In this document: piece by piece, positions 27,379 through 35,932 of the stretch
Layout of the letters: every line of letters begins with the position of its first letter
Position numbering within the stretch: position 1 is the first letter of the stretch
From: an uncultured Halanaerobiaceae bacterium
Lineage (GTDB): Bacteria; Bacillota; Halanaerobiia; Halanaerobiales; Halarsenatibacteraceae
Length of the DNA: 37,274 nucleotides
Direction: 5' to 3'
Assembly: GCA_964405365.1 (NCBI GenBank)
Contig: CAYONR010000001.1
Coordinates: 1,932 to 39,205 of the forward strand
The notes under the pieces: model-generated
The model's database searches: none
Told to the model about the DNA's origin: nothing
Seen by the model: the letters and a program-made list of their open reading frames with translations, nothing else
Program-made: the position numbers and the translations under genes

Positions 27379-28595
27379 ACTCCATTTTCTTTTCTTCTTT
27401 CTCTTATTTCAATAAATTTATCTCGAGCTAATTCTTTAAAATATGGCTTTGTTGTTGATTTTCTAACAATCTTATTTAAAATTGGCAAAGCCTCTTCGTA
27501 ATAACCATGTTTTATAGATAAATCAGCAAGTAATAAGGATAATTTTTCTTTAGACTTAGAGTTTAAATTTTCGCTACTAGCTTTATAGTAAAATTCTTTT
27601 AGATTTTGATAAGCTTTTTTTGAAGCGATCCTGGATAATTCTTCCTCACCCTGATCATTGTAAAGCCAGCTTAATCTAAGCCAGGAAGCTGCAACCTGTT
27701 CATTTTCAGAATTTATAAATTCATAACAGGCAATATTTAAATAATAGCTATTAAATACTTCATTCAAATTTCGAGGATCACTGAAACCTGCATTAAACTT
27801 ATCATCAATTTTAGAATCAATTGATTTTTTAAAATCGCTTTTAATTTTACTCTTATGTGATTTTGAAATTTCATTAAATTTAACTCCAGGTGCCGCATAA
27901 TAACATTCAGGACAGACTCTGATTCGATACCAGATAGGCTCAAAATTCTTATAAATCTTTCTAAGATTATCTTTTATCTCTTCAAGTCTCAACCTTGATT
28001 TGCGAATGATATTAGCCTGAAAATCGTTACCACAAACAGGACATTCTATTTCTTTAGAATAAATATAATTCTGATATGACGCTGGAGCTTGAATATTAAA
28101 TATTTTGTGTCCTTTAAGATAAACTGTTCCCATTCCATTATCTTTTTTAGCTTCATTGCCTTTTTTTGATTCATTATCTTGATTAAGTTGACCAATCTTT
28201 AAATCAATTTCGCTTGAAGTTTCTAATTGATTAATCCTTAAGACAAGAGTAGTTATTAATTTTTGCGTTATTTCCGAATCAGCCTTTATCAACTTAAAAA
28301 AATCAATTGCCGGGTAGCTAATAATAGACACTTCATCTTTAATAGCTGTCGCCCTAATCTTCCTATTAAGATTCTCTGCTAAAGCCAGTTCACCAAAAAA
28401 ACCTCCTGAATTTATCAAATCAATTATTTTATTTTCTTCTCCAACTTTTTTAGATAAAGCAACTTCGCCTTGAACTATTATATAAATACAATCAGCCGAT
28501 TCTTCAAAATCAAAAATTATTTCGCCAGTTCTAAACTGTAAAAGCTGACTGGAATCTGACTTTATTAACCTATTTATCAACGACAAAGATAACAC
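27375..28595 (-). CDS. Cyclic-nucleotide-binding domain fused to DUF2225 (Zn-ribbon + TPR-like)
   Basis: GEIIF, YII.QGEV, FFGELAL.....R cNMP domain; then CPVC...VCPECYYA and L.LSWLY helices. Confidence 0.75.
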   Translation of the reverse strand: MLSLSLINRLIKSDSSQLLQFRTGEIIFDFEESADCIYIIVQGEVALSKKVGEENKIIDLINSGGFFGELALAENLNRKIRATAIKDEVSIISYPAIDFFKLIKADSEITQKLITTLVLRINQLETSSEIDLKIGQLNQDNESKKGNEAKKDNGMGTVYLKGHKIFNIQAPASYQNYIYSKEIECPVCGNDFQANIIRKSRLRLEEIKDNLRKIYKNFEPIWYRIRVCPECYYAAPGVKFNEISKSHKSKIKSDFKKSIDSKIDDKFNAGFSDPRNLNEVFNSYYLNIACYEFINSENEQVAASWLRLSWLYNDQGEEELSRIASKKAYQNLKEFYYKASSENLNSKSKEKLSLLLADLSIKHGYYEEALPILNKIVRKSTTKPYFKELARDKFIEIRERRKENGV

Positions 28596-28607
28596 CAGCC
28601 CTTTAAA

Positions 28608-29411
28608 TTATTTTGAAAATATTTTATTTAAGATATTTTTTAGAAAACCCTGGTCTTCATCTTTCTTTTTAGATATTTTTATATTATCTTTTTGAATTTC
28701 CATATTAACATTTTCTGCCCCATCTTTTAAGGCAGTAAATAAATACCGAATCTGTTGAGAAATTGAATAATTCTGTCTTGGTAATTCAAGCCTTTCTACT
28801 ACTGATTGATAAATAGTTTTTAACTCCTGCTCTTCATATTGAAGCTCTAATATTAACTCTTTTATTTCATCAATAATTCCTGGAGCTATTCTAATCATAA
28901 TCGGATTAAACTGATTATTATTACCTAACCCGCTGAGATCTATGTGAAATACTTCTAGTAATTTTTTTAATGCCTGTTGATTCTTATCTAAATCTTTATA
29001 AATATTAGCCATACTCAAGAATATATTTCGATAATCATTCCAGGCTTTATTTTTTTTAGCTTTATTACTATTTTTTTCGAGTAAGTTTAGTGCTACATTT
29101 CTAAAGCTTCTTTTATTAGCTTCTAAATACGCCTGGTGAAAATTATTAAGATCGATATTTTTCTGCAAAAGTTTATGGCGATGATAATATATTAAATGTG
29201 GATATTCATTAATAATTTCTTCGCCTTTAGAAGTCAAATTATAGATGGAGTTATTCTGGTTAACTTCTAGAAATCCCTCTTCTATTAATTGCTTCTTCAT
29301 CTCAGATGAATTTAAGCTATATTGTTTATCAAGATAATCATCTAGCCTGCTTCCAGCTTTAGTTTCTTCGTATTCCTTTAAAACTAAAACTTCTTCTGGA
29401 CTTATATTCAT
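28608..29411 (-). CDS. Hypothetical protein (possible winged-helix-like N-terminus, TPR-like helices)
   Basis: 267-aa ORF with a GAGG RBS; LIEEGFL..YNLTSKG and IDLSG..IAPGII segments. Confidence 0.6.
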   Translation of the reverse strand: MNISPEEVLVLKEYEETKAGSRLDDYLDKQYSLNSSEMKKQLIEEGFLEVNQNNSIYNLTSKGEEIINEYPHLIYYHRHKLLQKNIDLNNFHQAYLEANKRSFRNVALNLLEKNSNKAKKNKAWNDYRNIFLSMANIYKDLDKNQQALKKLLEVFHIDLSGLGNNNQFNPIMIRIAPGIIDEIKELILELQYEEQELKTIYQSVVERLELPRQNYSISQQIRYLFTALKDGAENVNMEIQKDNIKISKKKDEDQGFLKNILNKIFSK

Positions 29412-29439
29412 ACTTCACCTCCTATTGTAAATCATCTTC

Positions 29440-30659
29440 TTAATGTGCCATTTTTTCAGAAATTATTTGCTGATAAACCTGTTGTAAAGCTAAGTCTTTT
29501 TTCTTTGCTATTTCTTTGCATTCTTCATATTCAGGAGCAAATTTTATTAGCTCCCCCTCATAATAAGCAGCTTTAACAGTAACAACCCCAAAGCTGGAAT
29601 CAAAATCTATAAATTCTCTTTCAAGACAGCTTCTTTGAATTTCATTAATTCTGATACCAAAAGTAGTAGTCTCTTTAAAGATTATTTTTTCTATAGCTTT
29701 CTGTTTCTTTTTTGAACAAAGAACTGAAAGCATTACTCCAGGCCGATTTTTTTTCATATTAATATCAGTCAAAAATACATCCAGAGCACCTTCTGCAAAT
29801 AATTCTTCAAAGAGATATGAATAAATTTCTGGATTCATATCATCTATATTTGTTTCAAGTAAAATTAAATTATCTACTCTTTTTTTTTAGCCTGATAAAC
29901 TCTCAAAACGTTTGTTATTGCTAAATCTTTCTTGCCAGTGCCATATCCGATTTTTTCAATTTTTAATTCAGGCAAAGGTAAATAATCTTCTGCTAAAGTC
30001 TTTATAATAGCAGCTCCTGTTGGGGTAACTAGCTCACTTTTAATTCCATTAGAATAAACAGGTACATCTTTTAAAATTTCAATAGTTGCCGGTGCAGGAA
30101 CAGGTATATTACCATGGTCTGCATTTACAAAGCCTGTTCCAAGAGGTATTTTAGAAGAATAGATATGATCAGGATTTAAGATGTCAATTAATATTGCTGT
30201 CCCAACAATATCTACAATAGAGTCGACTGCTCCTACTTCATGGAAATGAACTTCACTAATCTCCTTATCATGGACTTTGGCTTCAGCTCTAGCAACTTTT
30301 TCAAAGATATCAATGCTTAACTCTTTCACTGAGTCGTTTAAAGAACTATTATTAATTAATCTTTTAACATCTTCAAAATTACGGTTATGACTATGAGAAT
30401 GATTACCTTTATGGCCATGATTATGCTTGTGACTATGGCCATCACAATTGCAGCCGTTTTTATTTAGAATAACTTTAAAATCAGTACCAGTAATCCCATT
30501 CTTTTTTTGCCTGTTTATCTCAAGACTGTATTCATCTAAGTTTAATTTAGCAAGTTCTTTTTTAAATTTTTCCTGATCTATTCCTAAATCTAGTAGTGCT
30601 CCAATCGTCATATCTCCACTAATTCCTGAATTTATATCAAAATAAAATATATTCTCCAA
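29440..30659 (-). CDS. larC: Nickel insertase LarC, encoded as larC1 + larC2 joined by a -1 frameshift
   Basis: larC1 (29874-30659): SGISGDM, His-rich tract, VHFHEVGAVDSIVD, PVPAPAT, ELVTPTGAA. The -1 frame after A9 gives RVDNLILLETNIDDMNPE..MKKNRP..ETTTFGIR..PEYE. Confidence 0.9.
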
Positions 30660-30660
30660 A

Positions 30661-31434
30661 TTAATCGCTCCTTTTTAAAGCATTTTCTATCTGCAAATTA
30701 ATAGTGCTGGCTAAATAAGCTGCTCCAAAGCCATTATCGATATTAACTACTCCAACACCGCTTGCACAGCTATTTAACATTGTCAGCAAAGCAGAGACTC
30801 CACCAAAATTAGCTCCATAACCGACACTGGTAGGTACTGCTATAACTGGTTTATCAACCAACCCACCAACTACACTGGCTAAAGCCCCTTCCATGCCGGC
30901 AACAGCAATTATTACAGAAGCTTCATCAAGGCGATCAAGGTTGCCTAAAAGCCTATGAATACCGGCCACACCAACATCATAGAGTCTTTCAACTTTATTG
31001 CCTAAAGCTTCCGCTGTTACTGCAGCCTCTTCAGCTACAGGCATATCAGATGTACCACCACTTACAACCAATATTTTGCTGCTTGTTTCTTCTATCTCTT
31101 GTTGCTTAATAAATATCATTTTAGGCCTTGGATGATAGATGGCTTCCGGGGCCAGTTCTTTAACCATATCATAAATTTCCTGGCTAGCTCTACTAGCAAG
31201 GATATTATTATTGCTCCTTAACATTTCTTTTATAATAGTTTTAAGTTCGTCTAAAGATTTTCCCTCACAATAAATAACCTCAGGGAATCCATTTCTCAGG
31301 CTTCTATGATTATCTACTCTGGCAATGCCTAAATCTTTATAGGGAAGGTCCTTTAAAGAATTAAGGGCCGTCTCAATGTCAACTTCTTCTGATTTTACTT
31401 TTTTAAGTAATTCTTTTAAATCTTTTTTATTCAT
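30661..31434 (-). CDS. larB: NPN cofactor carboxylase/hydrolase LarB
   Basis: D.HR..R.GFPEV, GTSD.PVAEEA, DVGVAGIHR, AGMEGAL, PTSVGYG, VNIDNGFGA. The track starts at 31440. Confidence 0.95.
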   Translation of the reverse strand: MNKKDLKELLKKVKSEEVDIETALNSLKDLPYKDLGIARVDNHRSLRNGFPEVIYCEGKSLDELKTIIKEMLRSNNNILASRASQEIYDMVKELAPEAIYHPRPKMIFIKQQEIEETSSKILVVSGGTSDMPVAEEAAVTAEALGNKVERLYDVGVAGIHRLLGNLDRLDEASVIIAVAGMEGALASVVGGLVDKPVIAVPTSVGYGANFGGVSALLTMLNSCASGVGVVNIDNGFGAAYLASTINLQIENALKRSD

Positions 31435-32239
31435 TGTCAACCTCCAGACTCTGGTTCATACTACCAGATTGGTAGCCACCAAGATCAAAAGTAACATGAT
31501 CAAAACCTAGCTCTTTAAACTTTTTATTTAGGCTATTAAGTAGTTCTAAATCAAATAACTTCTCACGTTCCTCAGGAAGAACTTCTATTCTTGCCAGGTT
31601 ATTATGATCACGGACCCGATACTGAGTAAAACCGAGCTCAACCAGATGTTTTTCTGCCACTTCGATCCTGGCAAGCTTATCTTCAGTAATCTCCAAATTA
31701 TAGGATACTCTGGTAGCCAGGCAGGATAACGAAGGTTTATCCCAGGTCGGCAGATCAATTTCAGCAGATAACTTCCTTATTTCTGATTTCTTTAAGCCTG
31801 CATCAAATAAAGGGCTCTTAATCTCCAGCTCTCTTAATGCCTTCATACCAGGGCGATAATCTCCCTGATCATCCTGATTAGTTCCTTCTATTACTGTTCT
31901 ATTCTCTGCTTCAGCATATTTTTTAATCTTAGAAAAAATCATTTTTTTACAGTAATAACAGCGTTCCGGGCTATTATTTAAAGCTTTACCTAGCTGATCA
32001 AATTTAACTTCAATTATCTCATGTTCTATATTTAAACTTCTGGAAAGCTCAATTGCTTCCTGAATCTCTTTTTCTGGAATAAAAGGAGAAGCTATTGTAA
32101 TGGCCTTAAAATTTAATTCCATTTCTGCAGCAACTCCTGCCAAAAAAGTACTATCGACTCCTCCAGAAAAGGCCAGAAGAGGTCTATCAATCTCAGATAA
32201 AATTTCTTTTAATTTATTATATTTTGATTCAAGTTTCAT
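31427..32239 (-). CDS. larE: NPN cofactor sulfur transferase LarE
   Basis: AFSGGVDS PP-loop, RCYYCK, DYRPG, SCLATR, RVR.H...ARIE. Confidence 0.95.
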   Translation of the reverse strand: MKLESKYNKLKEILSEIDRPLLAFSGGVDSTFLAGVAAEMELNFKAITIASPFIPEKEIQEAIELSRSLNIEHEIIEVKFDQLGKALNNSPERCYYCKKMIFSKIKKYAEAENRTVIEGTNQDDQGDYRPGMKALRELEIKSPLFDAGLKKSEIRKLSAEIDLPTWDKPSLSCLATRVSYNLEITEDKLARIEVAEKHLVELGFTQYRVRDHNNLARIEVLPEEREKLFDLELLNSLNKKFKELGFDHVTFDLGGYQSGSMNQSLEVDNE

Positions 32240-32265
32240 TATACCACTCCAGTATTTTCAGCTAT

Positions 32266-33774
32266 TTAAAATCCAATTGATATAATTGATTTATAATTAT
32301 TTAAAAAACCTTTAATTTTCTCTAGAGTCTTATTTAGATTTCTAGCTGTATCACATTCGATGTTTAAGACTAAAACAGGATCATGGAGAGACATTCTTAA
32401 TAAAAACCAGTCATTACCACCAGTATTTATCCTGATACCCTGATAATTATTTGGAGCAAGTTCCCAACCTGAAATTTCATCAACATAATCTTTTAAATCA
32501 CCAATTACCTGCTGGCCATAATCTTTATAATCTTCTAAGTCGATATCCATTCGGAATTCTTTTTTAATATTAGCCTCTTCAAGCTCTTCGATCAAGCTAT
32601 TTAATTTAATCCCCTCAGTTGCCAAATTAGTAATTTTAATTAAAATTTTTGCAACTAAATAAGCTCCATCATCGAGAAAATAATTTTCTTTTAAGGCTGC
32701 ATGACCTGATGTCTCAATAGCCAAAGGGGCATTAATACCTTCAGATTCAAGACGGATAGCCTCATTTATAACATTTTTATAGCCTCTTTTGAAACGGTGA
32801 TGGTTACCACCTAATTTTTCTTCAATAAATTTATTTAAACCGACTGAAGTTACAGAATCTGTGACTATAGTCGCTCCTGGGTTATCTTCTAAAACTATAG
32901 CTGATGCTAGAGCAACTAGTTTATTTCTATTAATTGAATTACCATTGCTATCAACTACTGCCGCCCTATCAACATCGGTATCAAAAATAATCCCTAAATC
33001 AGCAGCATTTTCTCTAACTGCATTCTGGATTGAGTTCATAGCCCCCTTATTTTCTGGATTCGGAGGATGGTTAGGGAAACTACCGTCTGGTTCTAAAAAC
33101 TGACTACCTTCAGTATCTGCTCCAAGTGGTTTTAAAATTTTATCGACGAAAAAACCACCTGACCCATTCCCGGCATCTAGAACAATCTTAAAATCTTTTA
33201 AAGGCTTTGCCTGATCGACCTGTTCATTTATATTTGCTCTGATCAGAGTTTTGAGATGGTTAGAATAATCTTCCATTAAATCTATTTTATATTTCTCTCC
33301 AGCTTTTTCTGCAGAGCTAAATTTATCGTCTGCTGCAAATTTTAAAATATCCTGAATATCTTCTTTCTCCAGGCCACCATCTTTTGTAAAGAATTTAAAA
33401 CCATTTTTGTCTGATGGCAGATGGCTAGCTGTTATCATAACTGCACCATCGTAATTATAACTGGCAAAGACTGTGGACATAAACATGGCTGGAGTTGAAG
33501 CTAGACCTGTTAGATAGGTATCTGAGCCAGCAGATCTAATTCCAGTTGATAGAGCTCCGCTTAATTTATCAGCTGATAATCTTGAATCATGACCAATCCC
33601 AATTTTTAAGTCAGAAGATTTAATCCCTGATTTGTCACCTAACCAAAAAGCAAAGGCCTTCCCAATCTTTTCAACAACTTCTTCAGTCAATTCTATATCC
33701 TGATCATCACCTGCAATAGCTATACCTCTAATATCAGACCCGCTCTCTAATTTTAACCAGTTAATTTCTGTCAA
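32266..33774 (-). CDS. Phosphomannomutase/phosphoglucomutase
   Basis: SDIRG, TASHLP phosphoserine motif, FDTDVDR metal loop, ETSGH. Confidence 0.93.
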   Translation of the reverse strand: MTEINWLKLESGSDIRGIAIAGDDQDIELTEEVVEKIGKAFAFWLGDKSGIKSSDLKIGIGHDSRLSADKLSGALSTGIRSAGSDTYLTGLASTPAMFMSTVFASYNYDGAVMITASHLPSDKNGFKFFTKDGGLEKEDIQDILKFAADDKFSSAEKAGEKYKIDLMEDYSNHLKTLIRANINEQVDQAKPLKDFKIVLDAGNGSGGFFVDKILKPLGADTEGSQFLEPDGSFPNHPPNPENKGAMNSIQNAVRENAADLGIIFDTDVDRAAVVDSNGNSINRNKLVALASAIVLEDNPGATIVTDSVTSVGLNKFIEEKLGGNHHRFKRGYKNVINEAIRLESEGINAPLAIETSGHAALKENYFLDDGAYLVAKILIKITNLATEGIKLNSLIEELEEANIKKEFRMDIDLEDYKDYGQQVIGDLKDYVDEISGWELAPNNYQGIRINTGGNDWFLLRMSLHDPVLVLNIECDTARNLNKTLEKIKGFLNNYKSIISIGF

Positions 33775-33864
33775 AATAATACCTCCTAGAATTAAACTCT
33801 TTATTTATTAATTATAGTATAGATTTATACTAATTGCATATCTAGCTTTTGCAGAATTATAATT

Positions 33865-34614
33865 TTAATTAAATTTCCCTGTCTTTAAGAAGCTATCGAC
33901 AAGCTCTGCTGTTTCTTTCAGATGATGAATCTCTTTATGGTGATAAGGGAGGATAATAAAATCTGAAAGCCCGGGAAATCTTACAGACTCAACTTTTACC
34001 CGACCATCATTTTCTCCTTCAAGAAGACTGCCAAAGAATCTGGTGCTTTTATTGCCTGCTATTGCTCCTATCTCAACAGATTCCCCCTCTATTAAATCCA
34101 TTGCTTCAACATTTTCAGGTTCAAGAGATTCAAGGGTGGCAAAAATACTGGTCCATAGTCCTGAAATATCTGAAACAAGAGTTGCCAGACTACTACCCTG
34201 ATTGGGAGTAGCTATCTGGACTGCCCTATTAACAAACTTACGATCTTTAAGATCATCCAGATATCTCCGAATAATAAGTCCACCGGTGCTATGGCCAACA
34301 AAACTAATCCTCTGATCAGCTTCCAGATTGACAACAATATCTTCCATTTTCTCTTTAAAAATTTCAGTAGCATGTTTTACAGATCTAAATCTTAAAGGAA
34401 GATCAACAGAAAATATCTCATAATCTTTTAATTCAAGATGTTCTTTTAAAGGAAGCATATCTCTATGATTTTTATTATAACCGTGAATTAAAACTAAAAT
34501 TTCTTTATCTTCAGATGCCTGAAGTGTTTCTCCTGCCAGGGCTAAATTAAATATCAAAAAAACTGCTAGTACTAAAATTATTATTATAAACCTATTCATT
34601 AATTTCACCACCAT
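33865..34614 (-). CDS. Secreted lipase/esterase (alpha/beta hydrolase)
   Basis: Signal peptide, LIHG, GHSTGG, TPNQGS, NDGRV, terminal His. The start may be the ATG at 34599. Confidence 0.85.
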   Translation of the reverse strand: MVVKLMNRFIIIILVLAVFLIFNLALAGETLQASEDKEILVLIHGYNKNHRDMLPLKEHLELKDYEIFSVDLPLRFRSVKHATEIFKEKMEDIVVNLEADQRISFVGHSTGGLIIRRYLDDLKDRKFVNRAVQIATPNQGSSLATLVSDISGLWTSIFATLESLEPENVEAMDLIEGESVEIGAIAGNKSTRFFGSLLEGENDGRVKVESVRFPGLSDFIILPYHHKEIHHLKETAELVDSFLKTGKFN

Positions 34615-34702
34615 TTATTTGCTATTAACATTATAACTTATTCTATAATTTATATCCAGCAATAGAGTTTTTATGTTATGATAAATAAAGGAGGGATAGT
34701 TT

Positions 34703-35932
34703 ATGGATCTCAATAAAATTTACAATTCTGGAGGCAAAGCCTATCTTGTAGGTGGTGCAGTTAGAAATCTATTGCTTGCTGAAAAAATTCAGGATCTAGA
34801 TTTAATAATATCAGATTTATCAGAAGATAAATTTAAAGAACTTTTTCCTGATGCTAAAAAGGTCGGGTCTGATTTTGAAGTTTTTCTATTAAAGGATAAA
34901 AGCAAAAATATTAAATATGAGATCAATTTAATTGCTAAAGAAGATCTTTTTCTTGATTTAAAGAGAAGAGATTTCACAATAAATAGTATTGCTATAGAAC
35001 TGAAAAATCTAAAGCTTATTGATCCTTTTAATGGGCTGTCCGATTTAATCTTAAGTAGACTAAAAATAAATGACAAAAAAAACTTTAAAGAAGACCCTTT
35101 AAGAATCTATCGGTCTTTTAGATTGGCTATTAAATATAAATTAAAGATCACTGAAAAAACATTAGATTGCATGCTTTCTAATGCTCAAAAACTTAAAGAG
35201 ATTTATCCTGAAAGGGTCTTTGAAGAGCTAAAAAAGATAATGTTATTAGATGGAGCCAGCCAATTTTTCTGGTTATTAAAAGAATTAGATCTCTTAAAAT
35301 ATCATTTCCCAGAATTAAAAGAATTGGTTGGAGTAAAACAGCCTGAAGAATTTCATCCTGAAGGTGATGCATTTAACCATACTATGCTGGCACTTGATGA
35401 AATAATCAGGCTTACTTCTAAACCTGAACTTTCTGATGATCATAAATTCAACTTAAGATATGCAATTTTAGTTCATGATATTGGTAAAGCGGCAACGCCT
35501 GCAGAAGAATATCCTCATCATTATAACCATGAAGATTATGGTCTGGCTATTCTAGATACTATAAAAGCTCGAAAAGATTATATTATGCCAGAAAAAACCT
35601 ATAGAACAGCCAGAACCGTAATTAAACACCATATGAGAGTTTATCATTTTAATAGAATGAACCCTGGTAAGGTCGTCGGTTTGTTTGAGGATATTAGAAG
35701 ATCTCCTCTTTCAATTGAAGAGTTTGCCCTAGCAATTATTGCCGATGATCAGGGCCGGGCTTATGAAAAAGCAAGTCCTGATTATATTACTGAAATGATA
35801 GGGCTATACCACAAGATGTACAAAAATACCGGTGGAGATGATATTGACCTGGAAAGATATCAAGGAGAAGAAGTCGGCGAACAGTTATTCCAGTTCCGTT
35901 GTAAATATATTAAAAAAGCCAGAGAAGATTAA
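34703..35932 (+). CDS. Class II tRNA nucleotidyltransferase with HD domain (probably CC-adding)
   Basis: VGGAVR..LL....DLD, RRDFTIN, EDPLR, ERVFEE, HPEGD...HT, HDIGK. Confidence 0.88.
   Translation: MDLNKIYNSGGKAYLVGGAVRNLLLAEKIQDLDLIISDLSEDKFKELFPDAKKVGSDFEVFLLKDKSKNIKYEINLIAKEDLFLDLKRRDFTINSIAIELKNLKLIDPFNGLSDLILSRLKINDKKNFKEDPLRIYRSFRLAIKYKLKITEKTLDCMLSNAQKLKEIYPERVFEELKKIMLLDGASQFFWLLKELDLLKYHFPELKELVGVKQPEEFHPEGDAFNHTMLALDEIIRLTSKPELSDDHKFNLRYAILVHDIGKAATPAEEYPHHYNHEDYGLAILDTIKARKDYIMPEKTYRTARTVIKHHMRVYHFNRMNPGKVVGLFEDIRRSPLSIEEFALAIIADDQGRAYEKASPDYITEMIGLYHKMYKNTGGDDIDLERYQGEEVGEQLFQFRCKYIKKARED

Noticed and set aside
30385-30450. Quasi-repeats such as GACTATG and ATGGCCAT
   Set aside because: Explained by the His-rich nickel-binding tract of LarC.
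29440-30659. larC as a pseudogene or two independent genes
   Set aside because: Both halves are intact and the break is at an A-run at the larC1/larC2 boundary known for frameshifting. A homopolymer sequencing error cannot be fully excluded.
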